Shown here: positions 1 through 8,009 of the stretch, one piece after another
Position numbering within the stretch: the stretch's first letter is position 1
How the letters are laid out: every line of letters starts with the position of its first letter
Assembly: GCA_021044545.1 (NCBI GenBank)
Contig: CP087990.1
Span: forward strand, 2,071,038-2,103,037
Source: Comamonadaceae bacterium M7527
Lineage (GTDB): Bacteria > Pseudomonadota > Gammaproteobacteria > Burkholderiales > Burkholderiaceae_C
Reading direction: 5' to 3'
DNA: 32,000 bases
Notes under the pieces: model-generated
Databases searched by the model: none
Seen by the model: only the letters and a program-made list of their open reading frames with translations
Told to the model about the DNA's origin: nothing
Translations under genes and position numbers: made by a program

Positions 1-1
1 G

Positions 2-459
2 TATTGGTTCAACAAAACCGTACAAACAACGACCCGCGTGAAGCGCTTGGCCTATCAGCCGCTGACCCGTCAGTGGCGTATCAGCTCTAGCACGGGCGTG
101 GACGCATTGGCTGTGGCAGGCAGTGGTGTGGCGCTGCACCAAAACGTAGACGACTTAGACACGGCGCTGGCACTCATTAGCCGCGCCAAGCACTGGCGCA
201 TTGCCAGTGCCAATGCCTTGGATGAGGCGGCGGATGACCCAGCCGACTTGAGCGTGCGTTTTACCTTACGCTTGATTTGTCAGCATTGCCCAGGCCATTT
301 CAGATTGGCGTGAACGACAACCCAGATTGGCAGCTGTCTGTTGACAGTGTGCACAGTGTGCCGGCTATAGATCAAGCGTCAGACAAAGCCACCGTACCAG
401 CATCAGAACCCATTGACGGTGCACTTGTAGCGCCTGTAGATCAAGAGGTTTCGCAATGA
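2..459 (+). pseudogene. DUF4390-like protein gene; 5' end lies outside the window and the reading frame is split by an apparent 1-nt deletion near 272-277
   Basis: The frame is open from the window start to 313 (ends ...LSVRFTLRL). The adjacent frame continues DLSALPRPFQIGVNDNPDWQLS to a stop at 457..459, which overlaps the next gene's ATG as ATGA. Joined, they give LRLDLSALPRPFQ, the C-terminal pattern I associate with DUF4390 proteins found upstream of ntrY in betaproteobacteria. This could be a sequencing indel rather than a real frameshift. Confidence 0.5.
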
Positions 460-2726
460 GTGCCGCCCAAACAGGCCCCAATAAATGGACGCTAGGCGTT
501 GGTGTTGCCTTCGCAATTGCGGTGGGCCTGGTGTTGCTGTTTTTGCTCACCCAAGCCACGGACAACAGCACCTTGTACGAGCGCTACTACGGCGCATTGG
601 TGGGACTCAACATTGCCGCAGCAAGTGCCCTGGGTGTGGTGATTGTGTGGCTGCTGGTGAAGTTGTGGCAGCGGTGGCGTCAGGGTAAGTTTGGCAGCCA
701 GCTGCTGGTCAAGCTGGTGCTAATTTTTGGCTTGCTAGGCCTTATACCCGGCGCACTGATTTATGTGGTGTCGTACCAGTTTGTCACCCGCTCTATTGAG
801 AGTTGGTTTGACGTGCGCGTAGAGGGCGCGCTGAACGCCGGCCTTAACTTGGGCCGCAACACGCTTGACCTACTCAGCTCTGACTTGGGTGCGCGCACCG
901 CCGCGTCTGCCACCGAGCTGGCCAGCCAGCGCGTAGACGTGTACACCTTGCAGCTGGAGCGTTTGCGCGAGCAACTACGCGCCACCGACGTGGCCGTGCT
1001 TTCAGGCACAGGCCAAGTGGTAGCCAGCGCAGGCGCGTCGCAGTTTAGCCTGGGTCTGGGTGCGGCACGCCCCAGCAGCCAAAGGCTTCAAGCCGCGAGG
1101 CAAAACGGCGTCACCACTTGGATAGATGGTTTGGATGACGGCACAGACGCTCAACGTGAGCAACCAGCAGATGCAACAAGCCAGGCATTCATACGCGCCG
1201 TGGCTTGGCTCACCCCCAATGCACTGGCTTTAAAAGACGAGTCACGCTATTTGCAGGTAAGCGTGCCGCTGTCGCCCACTTTGGCGGCTGATGCCTTGGC
1301 CGTGCAGCAAGCCAACCGCGAATACCAAGAGCGTGCTTTGGCCAGAGACGGCTTGCGCAGCATGTACATAGGCACACTCACCCTGGCGCTGGTGCTGACG
1401 GTGTTTGGCGCGGTGTTGGTGGCTGCCTTGCTGGGCAACCAGTTGGCCAAGCCCTTGTTGGTGCTGGCTGCGGGCGTGCGTGATGTAGCCAAGGGCGACC
1501 TTACGCCCAAGCTCATTGTACGTACGCGAGATGAGTTGGGTGGGCTCACACGCTCGTTTGCCGACATGACACAACAGTTGGCCGACGCACGCGCGGCTGT
1601 GCAGCTCAGCGTGTCTGAGCTAGACGCGGCGCGTGCCAGCTTGCAAACCATTTTGGACAACCTTACAGCCGGCGTCATGGTGTTAGACGCAGGCGGCCAC
1701 ATACAAAGCATCAACCCCAGTGCCCAGCGTATTTTGGGTGATGAACTGTTGCAACAAGTGGGGCAGCCTTTGGCAGGTGTTGCTGGCTTGCAAGAGTGGG
1801 CCCACGATGTGGGCCGCCAATTCAAGCGGCTGAGCGATGATCAGGCCGCCACCGAACAAATCACGGCTCAACAGTCGCACTGGCAACACAGCTACGAGCT
1901 ACAAGCCAATGCGCACGGCTTGCAACACGACACCATTACGCTGCTGGCACGCGGTGCCTTGTTGCCCGGCTTGGGCCAGCTGCTGGTGTTTGACGATATT
2001 TCAGACTTGGTGTCTGCCCAGCGCGCCAAGGCCTGGGCTGATGTGGCCAGGCGTTTGGCCCACGAAATCAAAAACCCGCTAACTCCCATACAGCTGTCTG
2101 CCGAGCGCCTGAGCATGAAGCTAGACGGCAAGCTGCAGCCTGCCGAACAGGCCTTGGTGACCAAGTCTGTAAATACCATCGTGGCGCAAGTAGAGGCCAT
2201 GAAGCGCCTGGTCAATGAGTTTAGAGACTACGCGCGTTTGCCTGCGGCGGTGTTGCACCCACTAGACCTGAATGCGGTCGTGCGCGATATTTTGAGCCTG
2301 TACGAAAACGCTGTTGTGCCGGTGCAGTTTGACGCCCAACCCAACATACCGCTGATAGAGGCAGACGACCAGCAACTGCGCCAGGTGATACACAACTTGG
2401 TGCAAAACGCACAAGACGCCAGCCTGGCCAACGAGGCCGTGCGCAAACCACTGGTGGTATTGCGCACACGCCTAAATGAGCAAGGTGACCGATTGCGCCT
2501 GCAGGTGCTGGACAGTGGCGCGGGCTTTACAGACGCCATATTGAAGCGCGCGTTTGAGCCCTACGTCACCACCAAAACCAAAGGTACAGGCTTGGGGCTT
2601 GCCGTGGTCAAAAAAATTGCTGACGAACACCATGCACAGGTACACCTTAAAAACCGCCTGGAAGCTGCACATGGTCAAGACTTGGTTGCGGGTGGGCAAG
2701 TGTCGGTGTCATTCCCGGTGGTATAA
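456..2726 (+). CDS. ntrY: NtrY-like sensor histidine kinase (TM - HAMP - PAS - HisKA - HATPase_c), 756 aa
   Basis: N-terminal hydrophobic helices. HAMP-like segment (RDELGGLTRSFADMTQQL). H-box HEIKNPLTPIQLSAERL. N box QVIHNLVQNAQDA. G boxes DSGAGF and GTGLGLAVVKKI. ATGA overlap with the upstream gene. Confidence 0.85.
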   Translation: MSAAQTGPNKWTLGVGVAFAIAVGLVLLFLLTQATDNSTLYERYYGALVGLNIAAASALGVVIVWLLVKLWQRWRQGKFGSQLLVKLVLIFGLLGLIPGALIYVVSYQFVTRSIESWFDVRVEGALNAGLNLGRNTLDLLSSDLGARTAASATELASQRVDVYTLQLERLREQLRATDVAVLSGTGQVVASAGASQFSLGLGAARPSSQRLQAARQNGVTTWIDGLDDGTDAQREQPADATSQAFIRAVAWLTPNALALKDESRYLQVSVPLSPTLAADALAVQQANREYQERALARDGLRSMYIGTLTLALVLTVFGAVLVAALLGNQLAKPLLVLAAGVRDVAKGDLTPKLIVRTRDELGGLTRSFADMTQQLADARAAVQLSVSELDAARASLQTILDNLTAGVMVLDAGGHIQSINPSAQRILGDELLQQVGQPLAGVAGLQEWAHDVGRQFKRLSDDQAATEQITAQQSHWQHSYELQANAHGLQHDTITLLARGALLPGLGQLLVFDDISDLVSAQRAKAWADVARRLAHEIKNPLTPIQLSAERLSMKLDGKLQPAEQALVTKSVNTIVAQVEAMKRLVNEFRDYARLPAAVLHPLDLNAVVRDILSLYENAVVPVQFDAQPNIPLIEADDQQLRQVIHNLVQNAQDASLANEAVRKPLVVLRTRLNEQGDRLRLQVLDSGAGFTDAILKRAFEPYVTTKTKGTGLGLAVVKKIADEHHAQVHLKNRLEAAHGQDLVAGGQVSVSFPVV

Positions 2727-2782
2727 ATGCAACACATCAACAACACAGTTGAGCACAGGTGAAAACGGAAGCCTAAAGGCCT

Positions 2783-3496
2783 ATGGCAAACATATTGGTA
2801 GTTGACGACGAGCACGGCATACGTGACTTGCTGATAGAAATTTTGGACGACGAAGGTCACAACGTGACCTCGGCGCAAAACGCAGGCGAGGCCAGAGCCG
2901 CGCGCAACAACGCGCGCCCTGACTTGGTGTTGCTGGACATCTGGATGCCAGACACCGACGGCGTGTCGCTGCTTAAAGAGTGGGCCAGCAATGGCCAGCT
3001 GGACATGCCTGTCATCATGATGAGCGGCCACGCCACGATAGAAACAGCGGTAGAAGCCACGCGCATTGGCGCGCTTGCGTTTCTGGAAAAACCCATCACC
3101 ATGCAAAAACTGCTGCAAGCGGTAGAGCTGGGCCTGAACAAGAGCGCTGCCAAAAACACAGCAACCCAAGCCGTGGCTGACAGCACAGCACACCAGCCCG
3201 CGCCAAGTGCTGGCCTGATGCCAGACGCACTGGGACAACAAGCCAGCGCCAGCAGCCACTACCAGCCCTCGCATGCCGCCCACACCAGCGCCAGCGTGCA
3301 ACACTTTGAGCTAGACAAGCCATTACGCGAAGCCCGCGATGACTTTGAGAAAGCCTACTTTGAGTTTCATCTGAGCGCCGAAGGCGGCTCCATGACCCGT
3401 GTGGCGGACAAAACCGGCCTAGAGCGCACCCACCTGTATCGCAAACTGAAGCAACTGGGTATTGATTTGTCAAAAGCCAAAAAAGGCATGCTGTAG
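2783..3496 (+). CDS. ntrX: NtrX-like response regulator (REC domain plus C-terminal Fis-type HTH, no sigma54 AAA+ module), 237 aa
   Basis: ILVVDDE...DLVLLDIWMPDTDG receiver signature. C-terminal GGSMTRVADKTGLERTHLYRKLKQLGI is a Fis-type HTH. Lies directly downstream of the kinase. AAAGG sits 5 nt before the ATG. Confidence 0.8.
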   Translation: MANILVVDDEHGIRDLLIEILDDEGHNVTSAQNAGEARAARNNARPDLVLLDIWMPDTDGVSLLKEWASNGQLDMPVIMMSGHATIETAVEATRIGALAFLEKPITMQKLLQAVELGLNKSAAKNTATQAVADSTAHQPAPSAGLMPDALGQQASASSHYQPSHAAHTSASVQHFELDKPLREARDDFEKAYFEFHLSAEGGSMTRVADKTGLERTHLYRKLKQLGIDLSKAKKGML

Positions 3497-3658
3497 CGCG
3501 GCCCCATGCTGGCAGTCATTTGCCACCAGCAGCTGGCTGCTTTGGCCCAGCCTGCCACACCCAACGTGATTCGGCGTTCACATAACCCCGAGACAAATAT
3601 GAAAAACTCGGCACTCAAGCTCTAACCAGCACTGTTTTGCTGTTAAACTATTTAGCTT

Positions 3659-3734
3659 GGCCCGGTAGCTCAGTTGGTAGAGCAGCGGATTGAAAATCCG
3701 CGTGTCGATGGTTCGATTCCGTCCCAGGCCACCA
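3659..3734 (+). tRNA. tRNA-Phe (anticodon GAA), 76 nt including encoded CCA
   Basis: Cloverleaf folded by hand: acceptor GGCCCGG/CCAGGCC (one C-A mismatch at 5:68), D arm GCTC-AGTTGGTA-GAGC, anticodon arm GCGGA-TTGAAAA-TCCGC, variable loop GTGTC, T arm GATGG-TTCGATT-CCGTC, then ACCA. Very similar to E. coli tRNA-Phe. Confidence 0.93.
3690..3734 (+). repeat. attL: 45-bp core repeat (anticodon loop to CCA of tRNA-Phe)
   Basis: The exact 45-mer ttgaaaatccgcgtgtcgatggttcgattccgtcccaggccacca recurs at 12610..12654 and 21528..21572. Identity stops exactly at the base 5' of ttgaaaa. Confidence 0.9.
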
Positions 3735-3740
3735 AATACT

Positions 3741-3775
3741 CACCGTAGTCTTGCAAAAGGCTACGGTGTTTTTGT
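3741..3775 (+). terminator. Island-borne rho-independent terminator directly after the reconstituted tRNA-Phe
   Basis: Stem caccgtagtc / ggctacggtg (8 Watson-Crick pairs, one G-U, one more pair), loop ttgcaaaa, followed by ttttt. Confidence 0.7.
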
Positions 3776-3812
3776 TTGTGCATCTCATTCTGCTAGTGCT
3801 GTGCAGTAGACG

Positions 3813-5021
3813 ATGCACAAGCTAGCCAACACTCACCATTGCACACCAACCACCACCATTCGCTTGCGTGACGGTGAGCTAGTCATTTACAAACGCAGCC
3901 GCAGCTTGCAGTACCAATGTCGCTACAAGCTAAGCGACGGCACTTGGACAAGAGCTAGCACTGGCAAAGCAGCTCTGGAGCACGCCATTGCTCGCGCATG
4001 TGATATCTACGATGAATCACGCTATCGACAGCGTCTTGGTTTAGCACACCGTGCACACTCTGTTGCACAGATTGCAGCTGTTTGCTGTGCTGAGCTACGG
4101 CAGCAGATAGATGCAAAAGGCAAGAAGACTGCGCTCAACGACTACTTGAGCATCATCGAGCGTTACTTTGTGCCTTACTTTGGCGAACGCTTGCTTGAAT
4201 CATTGACGCACACAGACATACGTGAGTTTGAGCTGTGGCGCGATAGGCCGCTGTCTAGAGCTCCAAAGACAAGCACGCTCAACAATTTCACAAGTGCTTG
4301 GAGCAGATTGACTGCAGTAGCTGTAGAGCGAGGCTACATCAGTGAGCGAGTACCACTGCCAAAGCCCACAAGCAAGGGCATGAAGGGCACTACACGAGCA
4401 GCATTCAGCGGCGACGAGATGACTGCACTGCTAGCGTTTATGGAGCAGTGGTGCAAGCAAGGTGTCAAAGCTGTTCAGCGTGAAATTCGCCCTTTGCTGC
4501 GCGACTATGTAGAGCTGCTGCTGTTTACTGGCATGAGGCACGGCACAGAGGCGATGAACATACGTTGGCGCGACATAGAGTGGCACACAAAGGATGGTGT
4601 GCGCTACTTGCGCATACACGTGAGTGGCAAAACTGGCAGCAGATGGTTGATTGCCAAACACGCAGCCGTCCATGCGCTGCAACGGCTGCACGCTAGACAA
4701 AGGGATGTTTGTGAGATGTCGTTTGAAACCCTGTTTGCAGCGCGAGTGCAACAACTGCTGTTCAGATACAGCGATGGACATCAGCCACACAGCTTGGTTG
4801 GCACGTTTCGCAAGCTGATGCGTGACAGTGGCATGCTCAAGAACACACAAGGGCAGAGTCGCACGCTGTACTCAATACGCCATACCTACGCCACGCTTGC
4901 ACTGTTGGAGGGTAGTGCAGACATACACACACTCAGCAAGCAGCTTGGCAACAGTGCAGCGATGATTGAGAGGCACTACAGCAAGCTCACAGCGACTATG
5001 GCAGCTGAGAAGTTGGCTTGA
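3813..5021 (+). CDS. Tyrosine recombinase / integrase, 402 aa (allele 1)
   Basis: Catalytic signature: Arg in LFTGMRHGTE, H-x-x-R in SIRHTYATLAL, Tyr in MIERHYSKL. Position is immediately next to the tRNA att site. Confidence 0.9.
   Translation: MHKLANTHHCTPTTTIRLRDGELVIYKRSRSLQYQCRYKLSDGTWTRASTGKAALEHAIARACDIYDESRYRQRLGLAHRAHSVAQIAAVCCAELRQQIDAKGKKTALNDYLSIIERYFVPYFGERLLESLTHTDIREFELWRDRPLSRAPKTSTLNNFTSAWSRLTAVAVERGYISERVPLPKPTSKGMKGTTRAAFSGDEMTALLAFMEQWCKQGVKAVQREIRPLLRDYVELLLFTGMRHGTEAMNIRWRDIEWHTKDGVRYLRIHVSGKTGSRWLIAKHAAVHALQRLHARQRDVCEMSFETLFAARVQQLLFRYSDGHQPHSLVGTFRKLMRDSGMLKNTQGQSRTLYSIRHTYATLALLEGSADIHTLSKQLGNSAAMIERHYSKLTATMAAEKLA
4717..4731 (+). promoter_or_regulatory. Motif site M5 (degenerate): tgtcgtttgaaaccc, inside int
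   Basis: 13/15 match to M1. Confidence 0.3.
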
Positions 5022-5024
5022 AGC

Positions 5025-5040
5025 TGTCGTTTAAAACCAC
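5025..5040 (+). promoter_or_regulatory. Motif site M1: tgtcgtttaaaaccac (TGTCGTTTNAAACSAC family)
   Basis: The 17-mer ctgtcgtttaaaaccac is identical at 5024..5040 and 7409..7425. Lies between the stop codons of int and the wHTH gene. Confidence 0.6.
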
Positions 5041-5044
5041 AACT

Positions 5045-5362
5045 CTAAGACGATCCTTCAAGCTGCTTCAAGTACTGGCGCACTTGGATAACACCGCGTT
5101 TGCTCAGACAGTAGTACTTCGCACGCTTGTCATGTCCATGTTGACGCTCTATGAGCTCAAGGCGCTCCAAGCGTTCCACGCTTCGCTTGAGTGTTGGCAA
5201 GGATGATTGGCACATCACATTTAAAGACTTGAGCATGAGCGCAGACGGATGAACGCGAAACAGTTCAAGCAGAACTGTTAACTCGTCACGTCTACTGACT
5301 GCCAAAACGCTTCGTTCAAACGATTGCGCTGACAAAACTCTTGCAGCTGTCTCAAAAAACAT
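5045..5362 (-). CDS. Small winged-helix (MarR/ArsR-like) DNA-binding protein, 105 aa
   Basis: LPTLKRSVERLERLELIERQHGHDKRAKYYCLSKRG looks like a recognition helix plus wing. Convergent with int and divergent from the micropeptide/Wzz-like operon across an AT-rich spacer. Confidence 0.6.
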   Translation of the reverse strand: MFFETAARVLSAQSFERSVLAVSRRDELTVLLELFRVHPSALMLKSLNVMCQSSLPTLKRSVERLERLELIERQHGHDKRAKYYCLSKRGVIQVRQYLKQLEGSS

Positions 5363-5542
5363 GCTGCGATGATGCAGTCATTTCATGGTCAAAGTAAAAA
5401 CTAAATGCAAAAACAGTATTTCAATAAAAAACAAAACGTTAAAAGATTTTTATGCTGATACATCACTGTTTTCGGCGCTAAATATTGCTAGACGCTATGT
5501 TTACGAGCTTACGCTAGGCGCTGTTTTTAGAACGACTTAGCA

Positions 5543-5656
5543 ATGAAAAAAATCAAATTTACCTTTGGAGCAAAGCTCGCTCTTGTGTCTGCTGTTGTTG
5601 GTTTTGGTGCCTCAGTGTTCTTTCTAATAAAAGAGATCACTAGAGGTATGGCATGA
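5543..5656 (+). CDS. 37-aa single-pass membrane micropeptide (MKKIKFTFGAKLALVSAVVGFGASVFFLIKEITRGMA), below the ORF-track size cut-off
   Basis: Translated by hand. Basic N-terminus, roughly 20-residue hydrophobic helix, short polar tail. Its TGA overlaps the ATG of the 514-aa gene (ATGA at 5653..5656). No clear SD, but the upstream region is AT-rich. Confidence 0.5.
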   Translation: MKKIKFTFGAKLALVSAVVGFGASVFFLIKEITRGMA

Positions 5657-7197
5657 ACGAGCAGCGATTTGAGTCTTCAGACGAAATTGATCTAGGTAGG
5701 TTCTTTACTAACCTTTGGAGTAAACGGCTAGTCGTTGTTGTGTTTGTGGTTCTTGGCTTTGCTGTTGGTGGTGTGCAAGGACTCTTTTCGCAAGCAAGCT
5801 CATTCACCAACACGGTTGCTACTGTGCATGTCAAGCTGAACTTCAAAGGTGCAGAGCTTGGCGAGTATCCAAACGGCTCCAAGTACGCACCAACAGATGT
5901 GATTGCGAGCAAAGTGCTCTCAAGGGTGTATCGAGCAAACAGCCTGGATGACTACGACATTGAGTTGGAGGAGTTTGTATCTGCAGTCAACGCTTATCCG
6001 TGGATACCTAACCAAGCTGCAATGGACGCTAAGTACGCGGATCTTTTTAGTGAAAAAAAGCTAAGCGCACTTGATCGTCAAAAATTGGATGAGCAGTATC
6101 AACAAGAAACACGAAACAGCAATGGCAGATTTTTGATGCTGCAGTGGAGTGGAGACTCAGCTGCAAAAGTGTCCAAAGCGGTTGCACAGAAAGTGTTGGC
6201 AGATATTCCTAAGCAGTGGGCTTCTGTGAGTATTCAAGAGTACGGCGTGTTGGATCTTGAGGTTGTAGTGCCAAGCAAGTTGGATCAGTATCTACTTGAT
6301 ACTGCTGAGTACATCGTCGTTGGTGACTACCTACGCGACTTTGCGAGACAATTAAAAGTGGCTGCACTTGCGTTACAGCAAGATGCTGTCGTAGCAGTTT
6401 TAAAAGACGAACAAACTCAAAGCACAGTTGGTGATGTTGGCAAGCTCATACTGAACTTAGAAAACTTTCACTTGAGTACGCTGCAGCGAACGTTCCTCAT
6501 TGCGCCGCCACGATCTAACGCTGAGGCGGCAAGTTTGTACTTGAGCAGTCGACAACGAGAGTTAGAAGAAAAAATTGCAGAAGCCGAGCGCAAGTCTGAC
6601 GTGATCAATCGCGTCTACCGCGAGTACACGGACAGTGCTGAGACGAAGTCGGCGAGTACTCAAAATGCTGCAGACAAAAATGGCAATTTATCGCCTCAAA
6701 TTGGCGACGACTTCTTGACAAAACTTATGCGTATTGGCGACGAACTATCTGATGCGAAGTACAAGCAAGACTTGCTGAAGGAGCGCAAAGAGTTGTCTTT
6801 TGAAGCCGCTGAGCTTGCAACTGAAAAGCAGCGTATTGAAGCTATTGTTGATGCATTGAGCCAGCCGCGCAGCGTGCAAGTTATCAGTAATCGTGAGGCA
6901 CTAGACAAGAGCGTTAGCTACGTGGTGTCTGAGCTCTCAAACTATGCACAGACATTGGACAGAATCAATCTTATGGCACGTGCTGCAAAGCTAGGGAAAG
7001 TTGGCTCGTTGTACGAAGTCATCAGAGCGCCACAAGTGAGCAGTAGCAGCGTTGATGCGCTAAAAGCTGCGGTGAAGAATGCGTTGTTTGGTTTGCTTGG
7101 TGGTTTGTTTCTTGGAATATTCGTAGCGTTTATTCGCGTTGTGTTGCAAGAGGCACGCTCGCCAAAGTCGTCATCAAACCATGTCGTTGCTGTGTAG
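5653..7197 (+). CDS. Wzz / polysaccharide co-polymerase (PCP)-like two-TM protein with a long coiled-coil periplasmic domain, 514 aa
   Basis: N-terminus SSDEIDLGRFFTNLWSKRLVVVVFVVLGFAVGG matches the classic Wzz N-terminal motif plus TM1. C-terminal APQVSSSS...ALFGLLGGLFLGIFVAFIRVVL is a Pro/Ser segment plus Gly-rich TM2. The region between them is rich in E/K/Q heptad-like sequence. AGAGG lies 6 nt before the ATG. Confidence 0.7.
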   Translation: MNEQRFESSDEIDLGRFFTNLWSKRLVVVVFVVLGFAVGGVQGLFSQASSFTNTVATVHVKLNFKGAELGEYPNGSKYAPTDVIASKVLSRVYRANSLDDYDIELEEFVSAVNAYPWIPNQAAMDAKYADLFSEKKLSALDRQKLDEQYQQETRNSNGRFLMLQWSGDSAAKVSKAVAQKVLADIPKQWASVSIQEYGVLDLEVVVPSKLDQYLLDTAEYIVVGDYLRDFARQLKVAALALQQDAVVAVLKDEQTQSTVGDVGKLILNLENFHLSTLQRTFLIAPPRSNAEAASLYLSSRQRELEEKIAEAERKSDVINRVYREYTDSAETKSASTQNAADKNGNLSPQIGDDFLTKLMRIGDELSDAKYKQDLLKERKELSFEAAELATEKQRIEAIVDALSQPRSVQVISNREALDKSVSYVVSELSNYAQTLDRINLMARAAKLGKVGSLYEVIRAPQVSSSSVDALKAAVKNALFGLLGGLFLGIFVAFIRVVLQEARSPKSSSNHVVAV

Positions 7198-7214
7198 CGT
7201 GCCAAAGTCCAAAT

Positions 7215-7248
7215 AAAAAGCCACTAGTGTTGAGCTAGTGGCTTTTTT
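7215..7248. terminator. Bidirectional rho-independent terminator between the convergent Wzz-like and AAA+ genes
   Basis: aaaaagccactag - tgttgag - ctagtggcttttt: a 13-bp perfect stem with A-run and T-run flanks. Confidence 0.8.
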
Positions 7249-7263
7249 GTTGTCTGACTAGGA

Positions 7264-7971
7264 CTACTTGCTAGCAGCTTGTTTGATGCTGTTGAGTGCT
7301 GCTCTCGCAGCTGCATTGCCGCGCTGCACTTTTAGCATCAAACGCTGCAAGCTGAACATCACATTCCTAAACGAGCCATTGTTGCCACTGATGGCAGCTA
7401 ACAGTTGACTGTCGTTTAAAACCACTTCTGCATCGCTTGCCATGCGTCGAGCGATTGGCAAAAACTCAGCATCTGCTGCTGCGTTCATCTCTATCAACAC
7501 GCATCTATCCTTCAAACCCTTGTCTAACGCTGCGATGTTGTTGGTGGTGAGGATGAACACAGCACGCTTGTTGTTGAGCACTGTTTTCATGCTGCCTTGT
7601 GCGAGCTTGCTCAAGTTATCCACCTCATCAAAAATCAAGTAGTGCAAACCACTCGCATTCAAAGATTGCACGTTCATCATCTTTTTCACAGACTCCATAA
7701 TCGTCGTGTTTGTATGCCCTTGCTGACAGCCAAAAAACTCAGCCTCCATTGCCAACGTGTCTTGTGTCTTGCCAAATTCGATAGCAGAAGGTAGCAAGCG
7801 TGCAAGCGTTGTCTTACCACTGCCAAATGTGCCATACAGCAAAATGCCACTCTTGCCTTCGTATGGAAAAGGTAAGCTGCCACTGACAATGTCTTCAATC
7901 AGTTCGCGTGATTCGTCGTTTCCAAAGACAATTTCGTCGATGGTGGTAGGGGTATATTCAAATTTGTTCAT
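7264..7971 (-). CDS. Clamp-loader (RFC small subunit / T4 gp44 / RarA)-like AAA+ ATPase, 235 aa, lacking most of a collar domain
   Basis: YTPTTIDEIVFGNDESRELIEDIV, then Walker A LLYGTFGSGKTTLARLL, Walker B YLIFDEVDNLSKLAQ, sensor-1 FILTTNN, and KDRCVLIEM in the position of the RFC SRC arginine-finger motif. Collinear by eye with T4 gp44. Confidence 0.75.
   Translation of the reverse strand: MNKFEYTPTTIDEIVFGNDESRELIEDIVSGSLPFPYEGKSGILLYGTFGSGKTTLARLLPSAIEFGKTQDTLAMEAEFFGCQQGHTNTTIMESVKKMMNVQSLNASGLHYLIFDEVDNLSKLAQGSMKTVLNNKRAVFILTTNNIAALDKGLKDRCVLIEMNAAADAEFLPIARRMASDAEVVLNDSQLLAAISGNNGSFRNVMFSLQRLMLKVQRGNAAARAALNSIKQAASK
7410..7425 (+). promoter_or_regulatory. Motif site M2: tgtcgtttaaaaccac, inside the AAA+ gene
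   Basis: Exact 17-nt match with M1. Confidence 0.6.
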
Positions 7972-8009
7972 GTTTGTCTTTCGTTTGTTGATTTGTTGGT
8001 TGGTTATGT

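Noticed and set aside
761-3618. Many 60-210-aa ORFs antisense to, or out of frame with, ntrY and ntrX. The same applies to those over pldA, rep, the AEC transporter gene, priA, hemE and dsbD (22176..31945).
   Set aside because: These are typical shadow ORFs of high-GC coding DNA: Arg/Ala/Pro/Cys-rich, nested in long genes with clear family motifs.
4431-4850. Antisense ORFs inside the integrase genes (4431..4850 and 13120..13770)
   Set aside because: They are nested opposite a gene with a complete catalytic signature. Their lengths differ between units only because of synonymous changes in int.
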